DNA of 17,470 bases from Candidatus Poribacteria bacterium (GTDB lineage Bacteria; Poribacteria; WGA-4E; UBA9662): positions 1 to 17,470 of the forward strand of contig JAYGDX010000067.1 of NCBI GenBank assembly GCA_046582655.1, in the 5' to 3' direction. A model generated the notes under the pieces. That model was not told the DNA's origin. It was given only the letters and a program-made list of their open reading frames with translations, and searched no databases. This document shows positions 9,340 through 17,299 of the stretch, piece after piece. Position numbers and translations under genes: made by a program. Position 1 is the first letter of the stretch. Each line of letters opens with the position of its first letter.

Positions 9340-10272
9340 ATGGACACTAATACGCTTTTAGAATCTCTTAATTCTGTTATTGCCATTCCCATTATTCCTT
9401 TTAATAAAGATGCTATCGATTACCATGGGCATGCAAAAAATGTGATCTATTTAATGCAAAACAATTATCTGAGCAGCGATCGACCGCGTGTTATCGCTAT
9501 TGGCGGCACCAGTTTGCTGCACCACATTAGTTTTGAAGATCAAATTGAGCTGGTTAATCAAACCGGCAAGCAAATGAAAGGCCAAGGCGTCCTTATCTCG
9601 GGAATTGTTCCTAACCCGATTGAAATCGCAGGGAAATTAATTGAAGCTCAATCGAAGCTAAGTTATCCACCGGACACTTATTTATTGATGCCCTTGTCAG
9701 GAATCTCGAGTCCAGAGGGGATATACGATCAGTATCAGCGACTAGCTGAAAAATACGGTAACTCGTGCAATGCAAGATTCATTTATTACCTTCGTCAAAA
9801 GCGTGATTTGGAAGTAGTAGTTCGTTTAATAAAGGAGTCACCGCATTTTATTGGTGTCAAAATCGGAACTGATGAAGATGATGTTAAACCTCTGATTGAA
9901 GGTGTGGATAAAAGTGGACTTGTGATTTGGGGAATTGGCGATCGGTGTACTGAAGCGGCTGAACTTGGTACCAAAGGCCATACATCCGGAATTGCAGTCG
10001 TGTTTGCCAGGACTTCCGACGAAATTAATAATGCTCAGCGGCAAGAAGACTACCAAACTTCACGTCAAATTGAATCTAAAATCTCAGCTTTAGAAGATAT
10101 TCGATTTACCAATGGACGGGTCTATAATTATTCTGCGGTGGTAGAGGCCATGATTCTTAGTGGGTTCGAGGATATAGAAGGCGGAAATGGAGGACCTTTT
10201 AACCCTCGCGTACCGGCACAAATATCTGCAAAGGTACAAACAGCAATAAAAGATCTGTCTTCCTACCATTAA
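9340..10272 (+). CDS. Divergent dihydrodipicolinate synthase/class I aldolase family protein
   Basis: VIAIPIIPF..DAID, GGTS, LLMP...SPEG, FIYY, FIGVKIG (Schiff-base Lys), WGIGD, G.KGHTSG. Confidence 0.8.
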   Translation: MDTNTLLESLNSVIAIPIIPFNKDAIDYHGHAKNVIYLMQNNYLSSDRPRVIAIGGTSLLHHISFEDQIELVNQTGKQMKGQGVLISGIVPNPIEIAGKLIEAQSKLSYPPDTYLLMPLSGISSPEGIYDQYQRLAEKYGNSCNARFIYYLRQKRDLEVVVRLIKESPHFIGVKIGTDEDDVKPLIEGVDKSGLVIWGIGDRCTEAAELGTKGHTSGIAVVFARTSDEINNAQRQEDYQTSRQIESKISALEDIRFTNGRVYNYSAVVEAMILSGFEDIEGGNGGPFNPRVPAQISAKVQTAIKDLSSYH

Positions 10273-10297
10273 ACAGGAGGGCTAAGGCGTAAGGTAA

Positions 10298-11562
10298 TTA
10301 TCCAATCCCCTTAACCTTAGCCAATTCTTCAGCAAGTTCAGAATCGCATATTAGTTCTGTAATACAACGATTTGAAATAGCACTGGCAACAGCGCGGGCT
10401 TTTCCTGCTCCGTCAGCGACTAGAATTACACCACCGCTGCTTTTTCCTCTTGCTCGAACTGCGCATCGTTGCAAATCTGAAGGTCGGTCGGGTACCTAAA
10501 ACTCGCTGGTTTACCATTTCGACAAGTGAATCCTCAGGAAATCGATCAACTTGATCCGCTGTGATAAATGTTCCACAAAGATGCCCAACAACACCTTCCG
10601 ATTCTAACTGACTACGTTCTTCATCCGTGTAGATTGGCCCTGCATAGATAGGATCAACGTGTGGAGTGCTGACCGGATCTTTTACCATGCTCAGCCAGCC
10701 CATAATATGCCCGTTTTCTAAACCTCCAATTCCCGTGATCATTGTATCTACCTGAGTAATAAGGGCTTCGATTTCTCTCTCATAATTTGGCTGGGAATTT
10801 CCGGAAATCATTCGATATGCGGGAATTGCTTCAACGAATGACCTTGCAGTTTGTATTTTTTGATTAACTTTATCTCCATTTGCATCTGCTATGAATCCTT
10901 GTGGGATATATGCTGGAATAGAAAGATTGAGATGGAAGTCCACTGCTCCTGCTATTGCTAACTCTGCGGCAAGAGTTGAAGAAGCATATTTCGCCGCGAG
11001 CGGATACAATCGATGGTGTAAAGGTGTGAGTAATAGGTCACCGAATATTGGAAAACATTTAGGCGGGGAGTTCAATTCTCCGATTGTTTCGGAATTCTGC
11101 TGAATCTCATCCACCATCACTGCTAATGTGCGCCCAGCGAAAATCCCAATCGCTTGGGATGTATTGTCACCAAACAGATTGAGCAGGCGAACTGCAGCTG
11201 CTTGACCAACTCGTTCTTTATTGGTCAGTATATGTTGATTTGAGTCCTCAAGAGGCGCGCTTGGAACAACAATAAGATTTCTTAAGTGTTCACGCCCAAT
11301 GTAGTTGTGAATGGTTTCCATCAAGTCAGCCCGGTAAAGGTACTGGTACAATGATTGCAACTCATCTGGTGGAATATTCAGTACTACTTCTCGAATGTAT
11401 CCTGCCTGTTTTGATTGCTAAATTCGTCGTGCGGCAGTTGCTGAACTAAAATGGCGGTGTTTAGAGAGCACGTTCTCCTCGTAACCCGAGCACGCAGTAG
11501 TCATAAGCTATGAGTAATACTTCCAGTTCCCTTTCAATTGACAGTTTGCTTTTAATTATCAT
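10298..11562 (-). pseudogene. SorC/DeoR(Bsu)/LsrR-family sugar-binding transcriptional regulator, disrupted by two frameshifts and a nonsense codon
   Basis: ATG at 11562 reads MIIKSKLSIERELEVLLIAYDYCVLGL; a +1 shift near 11465-11485 gives the HTH segment FSSATAARRI*QSKQAGYIR with in-frame TAG at 11420-11418; the track ORF 11360-10413 holds IGIFAGRTL, ITGIG, GVVGHLCGTF; a 4-bp duplication at about 10482-10491 shifts off the canonical C-terminus GGVILVADGAGKARAVASAISNRCITELICDSELAEEL, ending at TAA 10300-10298. Confidence 0.85.
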
Positions 11563-11579
11563 GAACTCTGCCTTTTGTT

Positions 11580-11700
11580 ATATTAAATATATTTTGGCTG
11601 ATATTTAATATGAACTTGTTTTCAGTTGAAACATTTCAGCAAAATACTCATAAAACTGTTTTAATATCATGAAAAAAATATCAGCCAAAGAATTTTCGTG
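11580..11700. promoter_or_regulatory. Cluster of palindromes and inverted repeats, candidate operator region
   Basis: ATATTAAATAT-N10-ATATTTAATAT (11580-11611); perfect 14-bp IR TTTGGCTGATATTT (11593-11606) / AAATATCAGCCAAA (11676-11689); TTTCA-GT-TGAAA (11620-11631); TAAAAC-T-GTTTTA (11651-11663). Confidence 0.55.
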
Positions 11701-11937
11701 CAACTGTCATTGGCGATTAGTAGAATATAATTTTCGGCGATTCGTTTTAAATGAATGTTCAGTTAAAATTAAACTACCGTATCTGAACTATAAAATTGAT
11801 AGCAATTCACCATTAATCATGTTCACAAAATTCCGGATAGATTTAGGGGTATTGAAGCGGCGAGTGTGATCTCGGTTTTAATGTCCAGAGAAACACTGAA
11901 TTAAAGGAGTACAAACGAGTTTTAATGGAGGTAGATC

Positions 11938-12825
11938 TTGCCAAGATTTGGTGGTGCTTGGCCAGCACTAGTTACGCCTTTTACCAACTGTGATGATGTG
12001 AATGTGACTGTCCTACGGGAAATAACTGAACATCTGATTAGTAAAGATGTTGATGGATTTTACGTAGGAGGAACAACAGGAGAAGGCGTTTTCATGTCAG
12101 TCGCTGAACGTAACCTGATAGCAGAAACCGTTATCGAGCAAGTGAATGAGCGTATTCCTGTGATTCTACACGTTGGCGCTCTTTCGATCAAAGATGCGGT
12201 CGCCTTAGCCAAGCACGCTGATCAGATTGGTGCGAGCGGTATAAGTAGTGTTGTTCTAACATACTACGAAAGTCTAGAAAGTTTATATGCTTACTATTCA
12301 CAAATTGCTCAGGCAGTACCAGAATTGCCTTTTCTCGGATATATGTTTGGAGGGACAGTTAATGCTGTATCACTAATGCGAAAGCTGATGGAAATTCCTT
12401 CCCTGGTAGGGGCGAAGTACAGCGGTTCCAATATGTTTGAGTTTCGACAACTAGTTCAACTTCGTCAGGAGGACTGGACTATTTTCTCAGGGATGGATGA
12501 ACAGTGTCTTTTCGCGGTAATGTCAGGCTCACACGGAAACGTTGGATCAACGCTAAATTTCATGCCGGGAGTTTATCGGAAAATCCGTAGATGCGCTGAG
12601 GTTGGGGACTACATGGATGGGATGGAAATGCAGAACCGGGCCAATGCAATTACGCATATCATGCAAACTTATGGGTTTCAAGGTGCTCTTAAGGCAGTCA
12701 TGAGCAAAATCGGTTTTGATTGCGGGGCCCCAAGATTGCCAAACTTACCCTTTCCCGAAGAAGGGTGGCGAACATTATATGCTGAACTGGAAAAATATGA
12801 TTTTGATGAAATGATTCAAATTTAA
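11938..12825 (+). CDS. nanA: N-acetylneuraminate lyase-like (DHDPS/NAL family)
   Basis: ALVTPF, GFYVGGTTGE, ILHVGA, FLGY, GAKYS (Schiff-base Lys), and the NAL-type FSGMDE (GxDE) and VGST motifs; TTG start with GGAGG RBS. Confidence 0.8.
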   Translation: MPRFGGAWPALVTPFTNCDDVNVTVLREITEHLISKDVDGFYVGGTTGEGVFMSVAERNLIAETVIEQVNERIPVILHVGALSIKDAVALAKHADQIGASGISSVVLTYYESLESLYAYYSQIAQAVPELPFLGYMFGGTVNAVSLMRKLMEIPSLVGAKYSGSNMFEFRQLVQLRQEDWTIFSGMDEQCLFAVMSGSHGNVGSTLNFMPGVYRKIRRCAEVGDYMDGMEMQNRANAITHIMQTYGFQGALKAVMSKIGFDCGAPRLPNLPFPEEGWRTLYAELEKYDFDEMIQI

Positions 12826-12848
12826 ATAAGAAAAGGGTTAAAAACATA

Positions 12849-13688
12849 ATGACTGCAAAACAGAGATACTTATTTGATCTCAATGGATATCTCCATATTA
12901 AAAATGTCTTGGCAGCAGATGAACTCAGCAATGCACAAGAGGCAATCGATCGTTTGTTGGAAATGCCATCTAACAAATTACCACCGGGGATAGGGCGTGG
13001 CGATGGAAACAAGGATACATCCTTCTCAAACGGATTTTCAGCTGATAAATCGCTGGAATCCTTAACCTGGCATCCGGTCACGCGCCCTATTATCAACGAG
13101 TTAACTGGAGGTCAACCACGTTTCAGTAGAGGGTCACTCATCGTTAATCTGCATCATAATCAAAAAATGACGCCTCTGCATTGTGCCCGTGAAGATTGTG
13201 GTTGGCAGACACGACGTTATGGTGTCAAAGACGGTCACATCCACTGTAATGACTTCATCTGTTTTTTTTACTTTACCGATGTTAATCCTGGCGATGGTGG
13301 GGTGGTTGTGTTACCCGGTTCACACAAGAGCGAATTTGAACGCCCACAAAAATCTCACACTGATCCCGATGGCATCTTTTTCCAAGATCTGGAAGATCCT
13401 AACCAACCACTTCATCCTGCATTGGTCAATGTAACTCCTAAAGCTGGTGATGTTATCATTCTCTCCGAATTAACGGTACATGGAGTGCGGATCTGGAAAC
13501 CAACTGACCGGGATCGTAGATTCTTGATCCTACGCTACAAAACACAGTATTTCTCAGACGACCGTGGCCGCAAGCATCCTTTTCCCGAAGAAGTTTGGGA
13601 GAGACTTTCACCAGAGACACAGGAGTTATCCCAAACTGCATCATATGGTCACACCAAAAGTATTATCTCTCCAGGTTTAGGTGAATGA
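12849..13688 (+). CDS. PhyH-family Fe(II)/2-oxoglutarate enzyme with non-canonical H-x-A metal motif; C-terminus possibly truncated by an insertion
   Basis: YLFDLNGYL, LH111CA113RED, FTDV.PGDGG..VLPGSHK, KAGDVIILSE..VH211G, RR. Confidence 0.85.
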   Translation: MTAKQRYLFDLNGYLHIKNVLAADELSNAQEAIDRLLEMPSNKLPPGIGRGDGNKDTSFSNGFSADKSLESLTWHPVTRPIINELTGGQPRFSRGSLIVNLHHNQKMTPLHCAREDCGWQTRRYGVKDGHIHCNDFICFFYFTDVNPGDGGVVVLPGSHKSEFERPQKSHTDPDGIFFQDLEDPNQPLHPALVNVTPKAGDVIILSELTVHGVRIWKPTDRDRRFLILRYKTQYFSDDRGRKHPFPEEVWERLSPETQELSQTASYGHTKSIISPGLGE

Positions 13689-13795
13689 GGGAAGTGTCAG
13701 GGATCCGCATCTAGGAGACAAAGCATTGGGGATTTTCCGCTAATTTCTAATGTCCAAAATTTGAAGTTCGTCCTTCGCAACCCTGCGGAGGTAAT
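13662..13795. repeat. Segment of about 130 bp bounded by imperfect inverted repeats (possible MITE-like insertion)
   Basis: ATTATCTCTCCAGGTTT (13662-13678) vs AACCCTGCGGAGGTAAT (13779-13795): 13/17 complementary, 15/17 with G-U pairs; inner CAGGGATCCGCA (13698) / TTCGCAACCCTG (ends 13785). Confidence 0.4.
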
Positions 13796-13843
13796 CGCTA
13801 GGCAAGACACTGTCACGCTCATTGAATAAAAGGATAAATACAG

Positions 13844-15811
13844 ATGACTGGATTAGAAGATGATACATATAGTAATAGTAATTCCCTGGGCATAAAAATG
13901 ACAAAGATTGAGGCTGGCGAATTGTCTCTGGGATTCGAAGGAAGCACTTTGCCTGAAGCCTTGATCGGTCGGGAAACCCACCGCCAAAACGGGGACTTTG
14001 ACGAACATCCGGCACACAAAGTTAAAATCAGTCAATCTTTCCATATTAGCACTTGTCAGGTTACCAACGCTCAATATGAACAATTTGACCCTGAGCATCG
14101 GAAACTGCGAGGTAAACGTGGATTCTCCACCGAAGATGACGAAGCCGTTGTTTTCGTCAGTTGGTACGAAGCGGTTCAGTTTTGCCGGTGGTTATCTGAA
14201 AAAGAAGGTGTTCCTTATCGTTTGCCTACGGAAGCTGAATGGGAATACACTTGCCGTGCCGGTACAAGGACGCCTTTCCATACTGGAAACACGCTGCCGG
14301 AACCGTTCCTGAAGAACGCCGGGGCATTGCGCCAGGGTAATGAGACAGTTCCTCTCTCGGTGGGAGAGACACCTCCCAATGAATGGGGTGTCTATGACAT
14401 GCACGGCAATGTAGAAGAGTGGTGTTATGATTGGTACGGGCCTTACCAACCCGAAATGCAGGTCGATCCCGTCGGTCGGGCGGACGGTGATTTTAAAGTC
14501 ACTCGCGGCGGCAGCCACTCCACTGAGATCTATTATCTGCGGTCAGCCAACCGTATGGGAACGTTACCTGAAGATAAACACTGGTTAATCGGGTTCCGGG
14601 TTGTGATGGGAGAATTACCGAAAACCCAACCATTACCTTCTCTGGAGTCGAAGGAATGGCAGCGGAGTGTAAGACAAGATACGCCTCCAGAGATTGATCA
14701 GGGACCTGACACTGACATACCATACTTCAGGGGGCCGCGGAAATACGTCAAAATCCCCGAAGACTCTACTGGTCCCCTGTACTCAAAACACAACCATGAT
14801 CCGGCTATTGCCAGATGTCCCAACGGTGACATACTGGCCATCTGGTACACTTGCTTCAGGGAACCCGGTCGTGAACTGGCACTGGCAGCAAGTCGACTGA
14901 GATATGGAGCGGAAGAGTGGGATGAGGCTGATCTGTTTTGGGATGCACCTGACCGGAATGACCATGCGCCGGCACTGATGTGTGACGATGCGGGAACCTT
15001 GTACCATTTCAATGGAATCTCTGCCGGACCGGGATACAAAAAAGGTGGATTAGCCCTGATTATGCGAACATCTGTAGACAATGGTGTTACGTGGTCCAAG
15101 GCTCGGTTTGTTAATCCTGAACGAGGGATTCCAAGTCAGCCGGTGGCTTGTGAGTTCATTACAGAGAAAGGAGATATCGTGTTTGTCTCCGATGCCCCTG
15201 GCAGCCGTTCGGTTCTATGGATAAGTCGAGATAACGGTCAAAGTTGGACTATGTCCAACGGCTCGATTGCTGGTATTCATGCCGGTGTTGTACAACTTAA
15301 AGACGGTCGACTTATGGCATTTGGACGTGGAAACGATATCCAAGGAAAAATGCCAGAAAGTGTTTCTGACGATATGGGGGAAACATGGAATTACCATCCA
15401 AGTATGTTCCCACCAATTGGCGGTGGGCAGCGTCCAGTACTGATGCGCTTGAATGAGGGACCACTCTTCTTCGCTTCTTTCACTGGCAGTCGCAAAGAAC
15501 CTGAATACATATCAATCATCGACGAAACTGAAAAAAAACGGTTGGTAACTGGTCTATTCGCGGCTGTCTCTTTTGATGAAGGAGAAACTTGGCCCCATAT
15601 TCGTTTGGTTAGTGATGATGGGTCAGGTAGGGAGATCGAAACCATGGATAAACGTCCTTTTACCATGGATTTAAATACTGCGGAACCTGGTGGCTATCTA
15701 ACAGCATGCCAGTCAGAAGATGGCATTATTCACCTCATCAGCAGCCAACAGCACTATGCCTTCAATCTGGAGTGGTTGACGACACTTCCTCCTGCGAAGG
15801 CGAAAATCTGA
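13844..15811 (+). CDS. Fusion protein: FGE-sulfatase (SUMF1/PvdO-like) fold domain plus Asp-box (BNR) beta-propeller, sialidase-like
   Basis: DEHPAHKV, VTNAQY, VSWYEA..FC.WLS, YRLPTEAEWEY..RAG, GVYDMHGNVEEWC.DWY, RGGS, IGFRVV; four Asp-boxes SVDNGVTW, SRDNGQSW, SDDMGETW, SFDEGETW; GGY near the C-terminus. Confidence 0.88.
   Translation: MTGLEDDTYSNSNSLGIKMTKIEAGELSLGFEGSTLPEALIGRETHRQNGDFDEHPAHKVKISQSFHISTCQVTNAQYEQFDPEHRKLRGKRGFSTEDDEAVVFVSWYEAVQFCRWLSEKEGVPYRLPTEAEWEYTCRAGTRTPFHTGNTLPEPFLKNAGALRQGNETVPLSVGETPPNEWGVYDMHGNVEEWCYDWYGPYQPEMQVDPVGRADGDFKVTRGGSHSTEIYYLRSANRMGTLPEDKHWLIGFRVVMGELPKTQPLPSLESKEWQRSVRQDTPPEIDQGPDTDIPYFRGPRKYVKIPEDSTGPLYSKHNHDPAIARCPNGDILAIWYTCFREPGRELALAASRLRYGAEEWDEADLFWDAPDRNDHAPALMCDDAGTLYHFNGISAGPGYKKGGLALIMRTSVDNGVTWSKARFVNPERGIPSQPVACEFITEKGDIVFVSDAPGSRSVLWISRDNGQSWTMSNGSIAGIHAGVVQLKDGRLMAFGRGNDIQGKMPESVSDDMGETWNYHPSMFPPIGGGQRPVLMRLNEGPLFFASFTGSRKEPEYISIIDETEKKRLVTGLFAAVSFDEGETWPHIRLVSDDGSGREIETMDKRPFTMDLNTAEPGGYLTACQSEDGIIHLISSQQHYAFNLEWLTTLPPAKAKI
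13860..13917 (+). repeat. Direct repeat copy 1 (58 bp, with internal AGTAAT duplication)
   Basis: ATGATACATAT(AGTAAT)2TCCCTGGGCATAAAAATGACAAAGATTGAGGCTGG matches 17308-17359 except for one substitution and the 6-bp duplication. Confidence 0.95.
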
Positions 15812-15826
15812 AGGGAAGGAACTTTA

Positions 15827-17299
15827 ATGTTACAACCCAATATTTTACTAATCATGACTGATCAACAGCGATTTGATTCCCTTGGTTGTTATGGATTTGA
15901 GGCTGCACATACACCCAACTTGGACCAGTTAGCTACTGATGGTGCTCTTTTTGAACACTGTTATGTCAATAATCCTATCTGTACCCCTTCTCGTTCAAGC
16001 TTGATGACGGGAAAACACCTGCCTGGCCATGGAGTCTATCAGTTGTACGACAATCTACCTGAGGATCAGATATTGTTCACAGAATACCTTCAGCGATTAG
16101 GCTATCATACTGCGCTGTTTGGTAAACTGCATGTCTGCAGCCGGTATACCGAAGCTGAACAACGCCATCCGCATGATGGGTTTGATGTTTATGAATGGTG
16201 TTTAGATCATGCTATCCACCTCGATTCTCCTTTTAACGGTTATGCGAAATGGCTAAAGGAGACAGATCCGGAATTTTACGATCGGCTGTGTCATGAAGGC
16301 AAAGAGTTATTGCATATCCCACGTGAAGTGCATATGACGCATTGGGCTGCTGAGCGAACCATAGATTATGTTAATAATGCATCCGAAAATCAGCCGTTCT
16401 TCGGTATGATGAGTGTGTTTGATCCACACGATCCTTATCAGGATTATCCACTGGAAATTGGAGATCTGATTAACGAAGCCGAGATACCTGACCCGTTCGT
16501 CTTGGAAAGTGATTTCGAAGATGCCCTACCAACACTTAAACGCCTGTCAATTGAAGGTGGGAATGCACGTAAGTTGTCAGAATCAGAATTGAGGAAGATA
16601 CGCTTTGGCTACCACGCTTCAATTGCATTAATTGATCTCGAAGTAGGTCGTGTACTGAAAGCGCTTGAACAAAAAGGCCTCGCCGAAAACACGCTAGTGA
16701 TTTTTGCTTCTGACCATGGCGATATGCTTGGTGACCGACTTCAAACAAAAAAAGGCGGTTTTTTCTACGATGCTTGTGTGCGTGTACCGCTATTGATGCG
16801 GTGGCCTAGCAGGTTTATCGGTGAAAAAAAACCACCGCAAGTCGTCCAATTGCATGACCTTGCTGCCACAATTCTTGAAACTGCAGGGATGAGCCGAAAC
16901 GAATTACAACAGATTATGCCAGATGCGATTAACCTGGTTCCAGTTTGTGCAGGCGAATCTTTGGTTACACACAATGCTGTGTACTGCGTTTATCGCAATA
17001 GCAGCCTTGGTGGTAGAAACACGAATTCCCCTTATTTCGATCCTCCCGTCCACGCGACGATGATTCGCGACCAACGATTCAAACTGAATCTGTACAATAC
17101 GACGAATAATACGGAAGGCCAGCTCTTCGACATGCAGCAAGACTCAAGGGAAGAAAACAACCTGTGGACTGATAAAGATTATACCGAGATTAGAGAGTCC
17201 CTAACAAAACAGATTCTTGACTTTCTAGTTCATCAAGATGCCCGTTTTGTTGGTAAACGGGGTGGCGAGGCCTTGCCACCAAGGTGGATTCATGACTAA
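15827..17299 (+). CDS. Cys-type formylglycine-dependent sulfatase (S1 family), no signal peptide
   Basis: PNILLIMTDQQR, TPNLD.LA, C52TPSRSSLMTG, GY.TALFGKLH, DPHDPY, NTLVIFASDHGDMLG, KG.FFYD..VRVPL. Confidence 0.95.
   Translation: MLQPNILLIMTDQQRFDSLGCYGFEAAHTPNLDQLATDGALFEHCYVNNPICTPSRSSLMTGKHLPGHGVYQLYDNLPEDQILFTEYLQRLGYHTALFGKLHVCSRYTEAEQRHPHDGFDVYEWCLDHAIHLDSPFNGYAKWLKETDPEFYDRLCHEGKELLHIPREVHMTHWAAERTIDYVNNASENQPFFGMMSVFDPHDPYQDYPLEIGDLINEAEIPDPFVLESDFEDALPTLKRLSIEGGNARKLSESELRKIRFGYHASIALIDLEVGRVLKALEQKGLAENTLVIFASDHGDMLGDRLQTKKGGFFYDACVRVPLLMRWPSRFIGEKKPPQVVQLHDLAATILETAGMSRNELQQIMPDAINLVPVCAGESLVTHNAVYCVYRNSSLGGRNTNSPYFDPPVHATMIRDQRFKLNLYNTTNNTEGQLFDMQQDSREENNLWTDKDYTEIRESLTKQILDFLVHQDARFVGKRGGEALPPRWIHD

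Noticed and set aside
11418..11420. In-frame TAG as programmed readthrough (pyrrolysine or alternative code)
   Set aside because: It co-occurs with two frameshifts in the same gene, and TAG terminates the 944-1669 gene normally
11669..11869. 66-aa ORF in the divergent intergenic region
   Set aside because: No RBS, AT-rich, overlaps operator-like repeats, no recognisable motif
13844..14610. FGE domain as the maturation enzyme for the adjacent sulfatase
   Set aside because: Both catalytic cysteines are absent from the RGGS motif region
339..17140. Many 60-133 aa antisense or out-of-frame ORFs in the track
   Set aside because: They overlap well-supported genes and show no family motifs, consistent with shadow ORFs
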